A DNA stretch of 64,000 nt from Chrysomallon squamiferum (GCA_012295275.1 CM022671.1:32302001-32366000), one strand, 5' to 3'; positions 1 through 11,674 are shown, counted from the stretch's first letter. Made by a program: numbers and translations. The notes: generated by a model not told the origin, from the letters alone.

Positions 1-1688
1 AACCAGTCCAAGAGAGCAGACGACTTGCAGTTAATTTCGCGGGAAGCCAATTTGTCGTTTAGAAAAGAGAAAAATACCCAAACATCTGTGATTGACCAAA
101 AAATAAATTATATCAAAAGTGATTTAAAAAAACAACAACAATAAAACAAATGCACGCACACACGCGCAGACATATACAGATAAATCCCACCCCCACTAAA
201 TAAATAAATAACTGAATAAATAAATAAAAATAAATAAATTTCATATATTTAAAGAAATCTTTCTTTTTAATTGATATATATACTAAATTCAATACAGCAA
301 TCAATACAGCTAAATATAGATAAAATCTAAATATATCCGTAAGTAACATATCTGTTATATAACTATAAAAAAAAAAAAAAAAAAATAATATATATATAAA
401 TAAATAAATGAAAACAAAAGGAAATATCATTACATTACAAAGGAAATATTCAGCACCTATTTATGTTGTGAAATCGCTGAAACCAAATAAATATTTTCTT
501 TTCTTTTCTTTTTTCTTTTTCAAGTTAAAAAAAATAAATATAAAAAATAAACAGTAAATAAATAGCTTCAGATGTAATTTAGATCACAGCGGTGGGATTC
601 ATAATAATGTACAGAAAATTACAGAGATAACTGAATTCTGAGGAAATGCGTCGAACAGACACACACACACACACAGACATTTGTTTATTTGTTTATCAAA
701 TACTTTGTTAGGTGAACGCTAAAGATCCTTCACTGTTAAAATCTATGAGGGTAACTTATGACTACTACTACTACTAAATACTAAAGTACTTCTATTAAAT
801 GCATGTATTACTGAAACAACAACTACAACTACAATTTCTACTACCAGTACTACTACTACAGCTATTACTACTTGCACGCGTTCTGATTTCCTCGTAAAAT
901 AAGTGTAGTATTCTTGGTATTATTTACTGCAAATAACTGCATTGTTACGTGGGTCACATCTGTGCTAGAGATTACATCTACGTATTGCATAATCGAAATA
1001 CAGACACGTTTCTATTCTGTAAAAGGTTTTTCTTAATTTTAATGTTTGTTGTTTTGTATATTACTGTTAGTCGAGATGTTTCTTTTTCGTTTCGTTTTCA
1101 TCTTCTGTTTTTCACTGGCAGTCGATTTACTGTTAATGAAAATAGAGTCAGTATATTTAAAACATGTTGTGTGTGTTGTGTACGAGTGGCTATGTATACA
1201 AACAGTTAAAACCAGGTTTATATTTATCCGCCAATGCGCCAGAACCGGTTTATCACAGGTCATATTATGTTTTCCTGTCAGTGGGAAGGAAAATATAACA
1301 GATAGTTTGCAGCTGATACAGAAAGAGTAGGGTTTTTTCTGTGATTATCTGTATTGTTCTCTGACATGTGTATGACACATAAGTATAATTTATAACTGTG
1401 AATTGGTAACGTGCTGTGTTCATCATTAAAATAATATTTCTTCCTATCTTCCGAGTGCATGTTTCATTTTGTTACTGTCAAATAATATCTGTGATGGTGA
1501 CAGTAATCTAACTCATAAAACCTTGTAAGTTATAAAAACCAGGAACGAATAAAAAATCTAACGAGACGAGCGTGTCTTTCAGTATTTTAGAATCTCTCTC
1601 TCTCTCTCTTTACCTATGTCTTTCTCTCTATCTCTTCATGTGTATGCATGTTTGTGAATATATTTACTGATATAAAGAAAAGGTCTTT

Positions 1689-1744
<56 letters not shown>

Positions 1745-1821
1745 CTCTATGTCTTTCTCTCTATCTCTTCATGTGTATGCATGTTTGTGAATATATTTAC
1801 TGATATAAAGAAAAGGTCTTT

Positions 1822-1891
<70 letters not shown>

Positions 1892-2155
1892 AACATTATA
1901 TTTCTCAAACCATTTTATCTATTAAACTATAAAGAAGAAGAAAACAAATCTGCTACTACTACTATCCTGCCAATATATTTTTAAATTACTACACCGCAAA
2001 ATCAGTAATTACTACTGCAGCAACTACTACTATTAACATTACTGCCACTATTACTACTACTATTGACAGTTCCTATTAGTTCTGCTACAGTTTACCACTA
2101 CTACAACAACTACAACTACTACGATTCTACCAAAATTAACATTTTAACAACAATT
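1..2155 (-). pseudogene. Duplicated remnant of the thioredoxin-like gene's intron 2 (no exons inside the window)
   Basis: 1-~660 aligns with 14118-~14830 (starts aaccagtccaagagagcagacgac). ~910-1590 aligns with ~16702-17420 and ~1885-2155 with ~17520-17835. The sequence then jumps to peptide-gene 3' flank without the Trx exons 1-2. Confidence 0.75.
1630..1825. repeat. Two local copies of a ~60-bp element joined to (CT)n; an inverted copy lies at ~61300-61360
   Basis: catgtttgtgaatatatttactgatataaagaaaaggtctttgatct occurs at ~1647 and ~1780, and as the reverse complement at ~61300-61346. Confidence 0.8.
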
Positions 2156-2470
2156 AATATGTTTTATTTTTGTAGAATGTCCAGAACTGAACACTATATG
2201 ATCATTGTTGAAAGACTGTGTAATAAAATATATATTATCAGTATTACATACATGTATGTATATATATATCCATATGTATTTGTATGTATATATGTATGGA
2301 TACACATTTATGTATGTGTGTGTGTCCATGTGTTTATTTAGAAATGAATGTAATATTTTTCTGAAACTGTAATTATTAAGGAGATTAGAGGAACCTAAAT
2401 TTTTAGGCTTTAAAATCAGAACAAAACAGCAAACTGGTTATATTTTATTACAGTTTTATTACAGTAACAT

Positions 2471-2476
2471 TTTATT
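2471..2476 (-). promoter_or_regulatory. Polyadenylation signal AATAAA, peptide gene A
   Basis: AATAAA on the minus strand about 40 nt after the TGA; conserved in gene B at 8569-8574. Confidence 0.6.
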
Positions 2477-2513
2477 CACTGTAATGTCTTTACTTTAGCA
2501 TTCAGCCAGTCCA

Positions 2514-2533
2514 TCAATTGTTTGTTATGTAGG
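2514..2533 (-). CDS. Cys-rich secreted protein A, terminal exon 4 ((A)YITNN*)
   Basis: Strong acceptor ttaattgttttttcag. In phase 1 the TGA falls at the same position as in paralogue B, and AATAAA follows. Confidence 0.7.
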
Positions 2534-2961
2534 CTGAAAAAACAATTAAAAAACGCCAATTAAAACAAACAGACAAACAAAATTTAAAAAACAATTTAAA
2601 AACCCAATTAAAACAAACAAACAAAATTTAAAAAACAATAAAAAAAATAAAAATAAAAATAAAAAACAAAAAATAAAAAAAATTAACAAAACCTCCCAAT
2701 AATTTTACTGTATGTATTTATTTTACTATTGCTACACTATTTGTTCTCCTCCTGGTATCACTATCACAGCTGTTACTATTTCTACTGCTGTGTTTTTACT
2801 ATTATTATCACGACTACCACCACCAGTACTACTACCACTATAACTACTATCACTACCACTACCACTACTATAAAAAACACTTCCACTACCACTACGACTA
2901 CAACAACAGATACTACTACTACTACTACTACTGCTACTACCACCACTACTACTACTATTAC

Positions 2962-3022
<61 letters not shown>

Positions 3023-3146
3023 ATCATTATTTTTGTTGTTGCTACAGATATTTTCATTGTTATTGTTGTTATAGTTATTGTGTTGTTGTTGTTTTAGTTG
3101 TTGTTGTTGTTATTGTGATTGTTTATTATTATTATTACTGTAGTAC

Positions 3147-3308
3147 CGGAGATATAGTTGTAACAAGCAGGTGTCGGGTTGTATTTTCTGCAGCACTCTA
3201 ATGACATGACAAACTCCAGTTGAATCCAGTGCCCTTGAAGACAGTAGTAGATGATGCAGTCTCTCGTGGTGTACGCTCCGTCTCCACACTCACTCATTGT
3301 CGTGGAAG
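3147..3308 (-). CDS. Cys-rich secreted protein A, exon 3 (TSTTMSECGDGAYTTRDCIIYYCLQGHWIQLEFVMSLECCRKYNPTPACYNYIS)
   Basis: 162-nt phase 1-1 exon, acceptor tgtgccag, donor G|GTACTA. Six Cys with spacing identical to paralogue B. Confidence 0.8.
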
Positions 3309-3514
3309 CTGGCACAGGTGAAATTACAGTTTAAATATTCTCACAATATGATAAATACAGAACACGCATACACAAACACACACACACACGCGCACACATA
3401 CACACATCTACATATATACATACATCCATACATATGCAAAAATATGCAAGAAAATGTTTTTAAAATAAGAAAAATAATAAATTAATTAACGTAAAATTTT
3501 TGTTCTTGTTATTG

Positions 3515-3616
<102 letters not shown>

Positions 3617-3647
3617 TGTAGTACCAGGTATTGTTCGTTATACTCAC

Positions 3648-3704
3648 TTGTGGTGGTAGTTGGGCCTTCGATGGTAGGAAGAGTTGTCATGGAAACCGGT
3701 AGAG
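3648..3704 (-). CDS. Cys-rich secreted protein A, exon 2 (ALPVSMTTLPTIEGPTTTT), Thr/Pro-rich linker
   Basis: 57-nt phase 1-1 exon, acceptor gatttcag, donor A|GTGAGT. Confidence 0.75.
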
Positions 3705-4264
3705 CTGAAATCATAAGTTTGAATATTCTCTAAATATGACAAATACACAAGACAAATACAAATACACACACACGCAGACAAACACACACACATATACACA
3801 CACATATACACACATACATACACAAACATACATAAAAATATGCAAGAAAGTGTCCTTAAAATAAGAAAAATAATTAAATAATTAACGTAAGATTTCAGTT
3901 ACTTGCCATCAATCGCTGTAATGCTCATCAAGTAAGATTAATCAAACAAAACTAATCACAAGCTTGCACGAGTTGTTTCTTAGATTAATCTTAATCCATT
4001 TATTTATTTGTTTGTTTGTTCTATAATTATTAAATTAATTAACGAATTATTATACAATTTATGAAATTCTTATGCAGAAAGACAAATCATTTCATCTCAG
4101 AAAATGGGATAAATGCTGTAAAATGTGAAAGAGAGAGTGAAAAATATTGTCACGAATGATTAGAACTTTAAACCATTATTACAAAGAAATACTAGTGGTT
4201 TCTTATTGCTACAAGCAAATGATTTTATCTGTTTTATTACGACTATATTATGACAAATACTCAC

Positions 4265-4322
4265 CAGTAGTATGCAAAACGAAAAAACCGAGCACAAAAC
4301 TTATTACAACTGCGGCAGCCAT
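4265..4322 (-). CDS. Gene A signal-peptide exon, copy 1 (MAAAVVISFVLGFFVLHTT)
   Basis: caaaATGG start context, hydrophobic 19-mer, phase-1 donor G|GTGAGT. Joining to exon 2 gives a TTA-LP cleavage-like site. Confidence 0.8.
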
Positions 4323-4394
4323 TTTGAATTTATTGATAAGAACGTGTAAATGACCCAGTTATTTCTATCTTATCTTAGAAGATAGTTCAAGATC

Positions 4395-4400
4395 TTTATA
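4395..4400 (-). promoter_or_regulatory. TATA-like TATAAA about 75 nt upstream of the ATG (also 5007-5012, 5606-5611, 6206-6211, 11143-11148, 11747-11752)
   Basis: TATAAAGATC is present at the same offset in all six units. It abuts an (ATT)n tract, so chance occurrence is possible. Confidence 0.45.
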
Positions 4401-4401
4401 A

Positions 4402-4444
<43 letters not shown>

Positions 4445-4876
4445 AATAATTCTATTATCTCTAAATCTGTTTTATTGAATATAAAATCCACATGATTAAT
4501 TTTGTTCAAAAATATAGTTTAATTTCTTACGAATTCAAGCTTGCAAGAGTCGTGTTTCTTAGAGTAATCGTTTTCTATTTATTTATTTCTTTGCTTGTTT
4601 GTTTGTTTGTTTGACTGTTTGTTTATTTGTTCAATAATTATTAAATGAATTAAGAATCATTATTATTTATGGAATTCTTATGCAAAAAGACAATTCATTT
4701 TATCTTACAAAATGAGATAAATGGTGTAAAATGTGAAAGAGAGAGTGAACAAAATTTATGTGATTAAAGATTAGAACTTTAAACCATTATTACAAAGAAA
4801 TACTAGTGGTTTATTATTGCTACAAGCAAATTATTTTATCTTATTTTATTACAAAGTTATTATGACAAATACTCAC

Positions 4877-4934
4877 CAGCAGTTTGCAAAACGAAAAAAC
4901 CGAGCACAAAACTTATTACAACTGCTGCAGCCAT
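4877..4934 (-). CDS. Gene A signal-peptide exon, copy 2 (MAAAVVISFVLGFFVLQTA)
   Basis: Intact ATG, 58 nt, GTGAGT donor. Confidence 0.65.
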
Positions 4935-5009
4935 TTTCAATTTATTGATAAGAACGTGTAAATGACCCAGATATTTCCATTGTATCTTAAAACTTAGTTG
5001 TAGATCTTT

Positions 5010-5051
<42 letters not shown>

Positions 5052-5475
5052 CTATAATCTCTAAATCTGTTTTATTGAATATAAAATCCACATGATTAAT
5101 TTTGTTCAAAAATATATTTAAATTTCTTACGAATTCAAGCTTGCAAGAGTTGTGTTTCTTAGAGTAATCGTTTTCTATTTATTTATTTGTTTTTGTTTGT
5201 TTGTTTGTTTGATTGTTTGTTTGTTTATTTGTTCTATAATTATTAAATTAATTAACGAATTATTATTATTTATGGAATTCTTATGCAAAAAGACAATTCA
5301 TTTTATCTTACAAAATGGGATAAATGGTGTAAAATGTGAAAGAGAGAGTGGAAAATATTGTCACGAATGATTAGAACTTTAAACCATTATTACAAAGAAA
5401 TACTAGTGGTTTCTTATTGCTACAAGCAAATGATTTTATCTGTTTTATTACGACTATATTATGACAAATACTTAC

Positions 5476-5533
5476 CAGTAGTATGCAAAACGAAAAAACC
5501 GAGCACAAAACTTATTACAACTGCGGCAGCCAT
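5476..5533 (-). CDS. Gene A signal-peptide exon, copy 3 (MAAAVVISFVLGFFVLHTT)
   Basis: Intact ATG, 58 nt, GTAAGT donor. Confidence 0.65.
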
Positions 5534-5607
5534 TTTGAATTTATTGATAAGAACGTGTAAATGACCCAGTTATTTCTATCTTATCTTAGAAGATAGTTCA
5601 AGATCTT

Positions 5608-5661
<54 letters not shown>

Positions 5662-6075
5662 TTTATTATCTCTAAATCTGTTTTATTGAATATAAAATCC
5701 ACATGATTAATTTTGTTCAAAAATATAGTTTAATTTCTTACGAATTCAAGCTTGCAAGAGTTCTGTTTCTTAGAGTAATCGTTTTCTATTTATTTGTTTG
5801 TTTGTTTGTTTGACTGTTTCTTTTTTGTTTGTTCAATACTTATTAAATTAATTAACGAATTATTATTATTTATGTAATTCTTATGCAAAAAGACAAATCA
5901 TTTCATCTTACAAAATGGGATAAATGGTGTAAAATGTGAAAGAGAGAGTGAAAAATATTGTCACGAATGATTAGAACTTTAAACCATTATTACAAAGAAA
6001 TACTAGTGGTTTCTTATTGCTACAAGCAAATGATTTCATCTGTTTTATTACGACTATATTATGACAAATACTCAC

Positions 6076-6133
6076 CAGTAGTTTGCAAAACGAAAAAACC
6101 GAGCACAAGACTTATTACAACTGCGGCAGCCAT
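6076..6133 (-). CDS. Gene A signal-peptide exon, copy 4 (MAAAVVISLVLGFFVLQTT)
   Basis: Intact ATG, 58 nt, GTGAGT donor; followed upstream by the non-repeated flank shared with gene B. Confidence 0.7.
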
Positions 6134-6207
6134 TTTGAATTTATTGATAAGAACGTGTAAATTACCCAGTTATTTCTATTGTACCTTAGAACTTAGTTCT
6201 AGATCTT

Positions 6208-6244
<37 letters not shown>

Positions 6245-6608
6245 TTAATATTAATAATTAAAAAACAAATACAACCAATGTTACAGTTACAGATACTATG
6301 TGTCTCAAGACAGACAATGACCATAAGAAGAATACAAATAATACTGATGATGATGAAAATGTACTGGGGAAAAAAAATTGGTCTAAATCTGTTTTATTGA
6401 ATGTGAAATCGACATGATTAATTTTTAATCAAAAATATATTTAAATTTCTAACGAATTCAAATTGTTGTAATTTTCAAATCATCCATATTAATTTATCAG
6501 TTATTATTATTCTTTTTGCTTTTGTTGTCATCATTTTCGTTACGATTTTTACTATTGTTATTCTTCTCATCATCATCCTGTTGTAATTATTGTTGTTGTT
6601 GTTGTTAC

Positions 6609-6659
<51 letters not shown>

Positions 6660-6674
<15 letters not shown>

Positions 6675-8090
6675 TTTACTCCAAATAAATTCATCGTTAC
6701 TATTATGAAGGCTATCGCTATCATATAAATTAAAGCATGTTATTTTTTTGACAGTGTTTCTTACAGTCGTTTCCTTTTTAACGATTTCGTTTTTCGTTTA
6801 GTGGATTTTGTGCAAACCTCATCCGTAATAGTTCTCTGAATCGACAAATTGATTTATTTATTCTTTCCTTTATTTGTTTATTTTTGTTTATTTGTTTGTT
6901 TATCAAATACTTTGTTATGTGAACGCTAAAGATCCTTCGCTGTTAAAATCTATCAGGAAAACGTATGACTACTACTACTACTAAAGTACTTCTATTAAAT
7001 GCATGTATTACTGAAACAACAACAACTACAATTTCTACTACTACTACTACTACTACTACAGTTATTACTACTTGCACGCATTCCGATTTCCTCGTAAAAT
7101 AAGTGTAGTATTCTTGGTATTATTTACTGCAAATAATTGCATTGTTACCTGGGTCACATCTGTGCTATAGATTACATCTAAGTATTGCATAATCGAAATA
7201 CAGACACGTTTCTATTCTGTAAAATGTTTTTCTTAATTTTAATGTTTGTTGTTTTCTATTTTACTGTTAGTCGAGATGTTTCTTTTTCGTTTCGTTTTCT
7301 TCTTCTGTTTTTCTGTGGCAGTCGATTTATTGTTAATCAGACTAGAGTCAGTATATTTAAAACATGTTGTCTGGTTTGTATACAAACAGTTAAAACCAGG
7401 TGTATATTTATCCGCCGGTGCTCCACAACCGGTTTATCACAGGTCATATTATGTTTTCCTGTCAGTGGGAAGGAAAATATAAAAGATAGTATGCTGCTGA
7501 TACAGAAAGAGTAGCCACTTTAGTGTCTGTGAGGGTTTTCTCTGTGGTTATCTGTATTGTTCTCTGACGTGTGTATGACACATAAGTTATAATTTATAAC
7601 TGTGAATTGGTAACGTGCTGTGTTCATCATTAAAATAATATTTCTTCCTATCTTCCGAGTGCATGTTTCATTTTGCTACTGTCAAATAATATCTGTGATG
7701 GTGACAATAATCTAACTCATAAAACCTTGTAACTTATAAAAACCAGGAACGAATAAAAAATCTACTATTATCCTGCCAATATGATTTTGACGTAACTATA
7801 TATTTTTTTTTAATTACTACATGCAAAATCAGTGGTTACTACTGCAACAACTACTACTCTTTCTATTATTAACATTACTACCACTATTACTACCACTATT
7901 ACCACCACTACCACTGCTGCTATTACTACTACTACTAGAACAACCATTACTACTACTGATATTATTACTATTATTGTTATTTATGTTAATATGATTGTTA
8001 TTTTTATTCTTAGTGTTATTGTTGATATGTTTGTTGTTATTAATGGATAACATTATTAAGGGCTGTTGTTGTTGTAGTTGTTATAATATA
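6660..8090 (-). pseudogene. Second exon-less remnant of the thioredoxin-like locus
   Basis: ~6670-7880 aligns with ~16555-17715 (Trx intron 2), and ~7960-8085 resembles ~20450-20573 (Trx upstream region). All four Trx exons are absent. Confidence 0.7.
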
Positions 8091-8611
8091 CTTATTATTA
8101 TGTCTGTTATAAAATCAACACTGTATGCTAAACAAATTAAGTGCAGGTTTGAAGTTATCAATTAGAAGTGAGGTATGTTTTATTTTTGTAGAATGTCCAG
8201 AACTGAACACTATATGATCATTGTTGAAAAACTGTGTAATAAAATATATATCATCAGTATTACATACATGTATGTATATATACATCCATATGTATTTGTA
8301 TGTATATATGTATGCATACACATTTATGTATTTGTGTTTCCATGTGTTTATTTACATCAGAGGAACTAATTCATGTTATCATTTTTATTCTTATTATTTC
8401 AGTTTGCCAAAAAATCACTTTTACTCAGTGGAAATGAATGTAATATTTTTTTTGAAACTGTAATTATTAAGGAGATTGGAGGAACCTAAATTTTTAGGCT
8501 TTAAAATCAGAACAAAACAGCAAACTGGTTATATTTTATTACAGTCGGTATGTCACACGCAGTAACATTTTATTCACTGTAATGTCTTTACTTTAGCATT
8601 CAGCCAGTCCA

Positions 8612-8631
8612 TCATTGGTTTAATACGTAGT
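8612..8631 (-). CDS. Cys-rich secreted protein B, terminal exon 4 ((D)YVLNQ*)
   Basis: Acceptor ttaattgttttttcag, phase-1 TGA at 8612-8614, AATAAA at 8569-8574. Confidence 0.7.
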
Positions 8632-8997
8632 CTGAAAAAACAATTAAAAAACGCCAATTAAAACAAAAAAAACAAACAAAATTTGAAAAACAATTAAAAA
8701 CAAAACAACAAAAAACAAAAAACAATTAATAACACCCCCTACAATAATTTTACTGTATGTATTTATTTTACTATTGCTACACTATTTGTTCTCCTTCTGG
8801 TATTACTATCACAGCTGTTACTATTTCTACTGCTGTGTTTTTACTATTATTATCACGACTACCACCACCAGTACTACTACCACTATAACTACTATCACTA
8901 CCACTACTACAGCCACTACTAATAATAACACAACCACTGCCATTACCACTACCACTACTACAAAAACCACTTCCACTACCACTACAACAACAGATGA

Positions 8998-9063
<66 letters not shown>

Positions 9064-9179
9064 CATCATTATTTTTGTTGTTGCTACACATATTGTCATT
9101 GTTTTTGTTGTTGTAGTTATTGTGTTGTTGTTTTTGTTGTTGTTATTGTGATTTTTTATTATTATTATTACTGCAGTAC

Positions 9180-9383
9180 CGTAGACATATTGGTAACAAG
9201 AAGGATCTGGGTTGTATTTTCTGCAGCACTCTATTGACATGATTAACTCGACTTCAACCCTGTCATCTTCCTGACAGATGTAGAGGAAACACCCTTTTCG
9301 GGTGATGTGTCCGTATTCACACTCAGTCGTGGTGGTAGGTGGGCCTTCGATGGTAGGAAGAGTTGTCATGGAAACCGGCAGAG
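9180..9383 (-). CDS. Cys-rich secreted protein B, exon 3 (TLPVSMTTLPTIEGPPTTTTECEYGHITRKGCFLYICQEDDRVEVELIMSIECCRKYNPDPSCYQYVY)
   Basis: 204-nt phase 1-1 exon, acceptor tatttcag, donor G|GTACTG; Cys spacing C-x9-C-x4-C-x15-CC-x8-C. Confidence 0.82.
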
Positions 9384-9449
9384 CTGAAATAATAAGTTTA
9401 AATATTCTCACAATATGACAAATACAGAACAAACAACAAACACACACAC

Positions 9450-9488
<39 letters not shown>

Positions 9489-9668
9489 CTACATATATTA
9501 CATACATCCATACATATACAAAAATATGCAAGAAATGTTTTTAAAATAAGAAAAATAATAAATTAATTAACGTAAAATTTTTATTCTTGTTATTGTTATT
9601 GTTTTCTTAATATTATTTTGTATTATTATTATTATGACTACTATTATTATTATTATTTTGTATTATTA

Positions 9669-9744
<76 letters not shown>

Positions 9745-9775
9745 TGTAGTACCAGGTATTGTTCGTTATACTCAC

Positions 9776-9832
9776 TTGTGGTGGTAGTTGGGCCTTCGGT
9801 GATAGGAAGAGTTGTCATGGAAACCGGCAGAG
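9776..9832 (-). CDS. Cys-rich secreted protein B, exon 2 (ALPVSMTTLPITEGPTTTT)
   Basis: 57-nt phase 1-1 exon with gatttcag acceptor and GTGAGT donor. Confidence 0.75.
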
Positions 9833-9883
9833 CTGAAATCATAAGTTTAAATATTCTCACAATATGACAAATACAGAACAAAC

Positions 9884-9918
<35 letters not shown>

Positions 9919-10019
9919 CTACATATATTACATACATCCATACATATACAAAAATATATGCAAGAAAATGTTTTAAAATAAGAAAAAAATAATAAATTAA
10001 TTAACGTAAAATTTTTATT

Positions 10020-10760
10020 CTTGTTATCAATCGCTATTATTATTATTTTGTATTATTATTATTAAACAAATTATAATTAAAATTATTATTATTATTTTTA
10101 TTAATCTTATTCCATTTATTTTATTTTGTTATTAATTAAAATTAATTAATTATTATTATTATTATTTTATGGAATTATTATTATGCAAATTACAATTCAT
10201 TTTATCTTATTAAAATGGGATAATTATTATTATTATTATTATTAAATTAAATTGTTATTATTGTTATTGTCACGAATGATTAGAATTATTTTAAACCATT
10301 ATTACAAAGAAATACTATTGGTTCTTATTTATTACATTATTAAATTATTTTGTTCTGTTTTATTACGACTATATTATGACAAATACGTTACACTCAGTAG
10401 TTTGGTAGTTGGGCCTTCGGTGATAGGAAGAGTTGTCATGGAAAAAACAGAGCTGAAACAAAAGTTTAAATATTCTCACAATATGACAAATACATTTTGG
10501 ACATAAGAACAAACACACAGTTATTTCTACACATATTAGAACAGTTCAAGATCATACATACATAAAAATATGCAAGAAAGTGTCTTTAAAATAAAAAAAA
10601 ATTAAATAATTAACGTAAATTTCTGTTTTACTTGCCATATAAAATCGCTGATTAATTTTGTTCAAAAATATAAGATTAATCAAACAAAAACTAATTGTTG
10701 TTCATTTCACAGTAATTGCACGAGTTGTTTCTTGTTTGTTTTGTTTGTTTATTCCATTTG
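10020..10760. other. Mosaic of the exon-2 unit and the signal-exon unit; probable assembly-consensus artefact
   Basis: Short words from two different neighbouring units alternate. The exon-2-like piece at ~10397-10452 has a 1-nt deletion. Confidence 0.6.
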
Positions 10761-11012
10761 TTTCTTTGTTCTATAATTATAAAATTAATTAACTAATTAT
10801 TATTATTTATGGAATTCTTATGCAAAAAGACAATTCATTTTATCTTACAAAATGGGATAAATGGTGTAAAATGTGAAAGAGAGAGTGAAAAATATTGTCA
10901 CGAATGATTAGAACTTTAAACCATTATTACAAAGAAATACTAGTGGTTTCTTATTGCTACAAGCAAATATTTTCATCTATTTTATTACGACTATATTATG
11001 ACAAATACTCAC

Positions 11013-11070
11013 CAGTAGTTTGCAAAATGAAAAAACCGAGCACAAAACTTATTACAACTGCGGTCGCCAT
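11013..11070 (-). CDS. Gene B signal-peptide exon, copy 1 (MATAVVISFVLGFFILQTT)
   Basis: caaaATGG context, 58 nt, GTGAGT donor. Confidence 0.75.
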
Positions 11071-11616
11071 TTTGAATTTATTGATAAGAACGTGTAAATG
11101 ACCCAGTTATTTCTATTGTATCTTAGAACTTAGTTCTAGATCTTTATAATAATAATAATAATAATAATAATATAAATAATAATAATTCTATTATCTCTAA
11201 ATCTGTTTTACTGAATATAAAATCCACATGATTAATTTTGTTAAAAAATATATTTTAATTTCTTACGAATTCAAGCTTGCAAGAGTTGTATTTCTTAGAG
11301 TAATCTTTTTCTATTTATTTATTTGTTTCTTTGTTTGTTTGTTTTTTGTTTGACTCTTTGTTTTTTATTTGTTCAATACTTATTAAATTAATTAACGAAT
11401 TATTATTATTTATGAAATTCTTATGCAAAACGACAGTTCATTTTATCTTACAAAATGGGATAAATGGTGTAAAATGTGAAAGAGAGAGTGAAAAAAATTG
11501 TCACGAATGATTAGAATTTTAAACCATTATTACAAAGAAATACTAGTGGTTTCTTATTGCTACAAGCAAATGATTTTATCTGATTTTATTACGACTATAT
11601 TATGACAAATACTCAC

Positions 11617-11674
11617 CAGTAGTTTGCAAAATGAAAAAACCGAGCACAAAACTTATTACAACTGCGGACGCCAT
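11617..11674 (-). CDS. Gene B signal-peptide exon, copy 2 (MASAVVISFVLGFFILQTT)
   Basis: caaaATGG context, 58 nt, GTGAGT donor; 604 bp from copy 1. Confidence 0.7.

Larger units (their letters stand above)
3960..6240. repeat. Tandem array of four ~600-bp units, each with a signal-peptide exon and a TATA-like element
   Basis: ATGs at 4322, 4934, 5533 and 6133 (spacings 612, 599, 600); units are near-identical by eye. Confidence 0.9.

Noticed and set aside
2732-2787. Alternative terminal exon AVEIVTAVIVIPGGEQIV* (also 8777-8832)
   Set aside because: The acceptor is purine-rich (aaaaacacag). The exon at 2514-2533 / 8612-8631 has a far better pyrimidine tract, an aligned stop and a polyA signal.
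4147-6212. Repeated plus-strand ORFs MSRMIRTLNHYYKEIL...
   Set aside because: These are antisense shadows of the minus-strand signal-peptide units.
8827-9531. 234-aa ORF as a single-exon gene
   Set aside because: Only 9180-9383 is exon; the remainder is CA and ATT/ACT microsatellite read-through.
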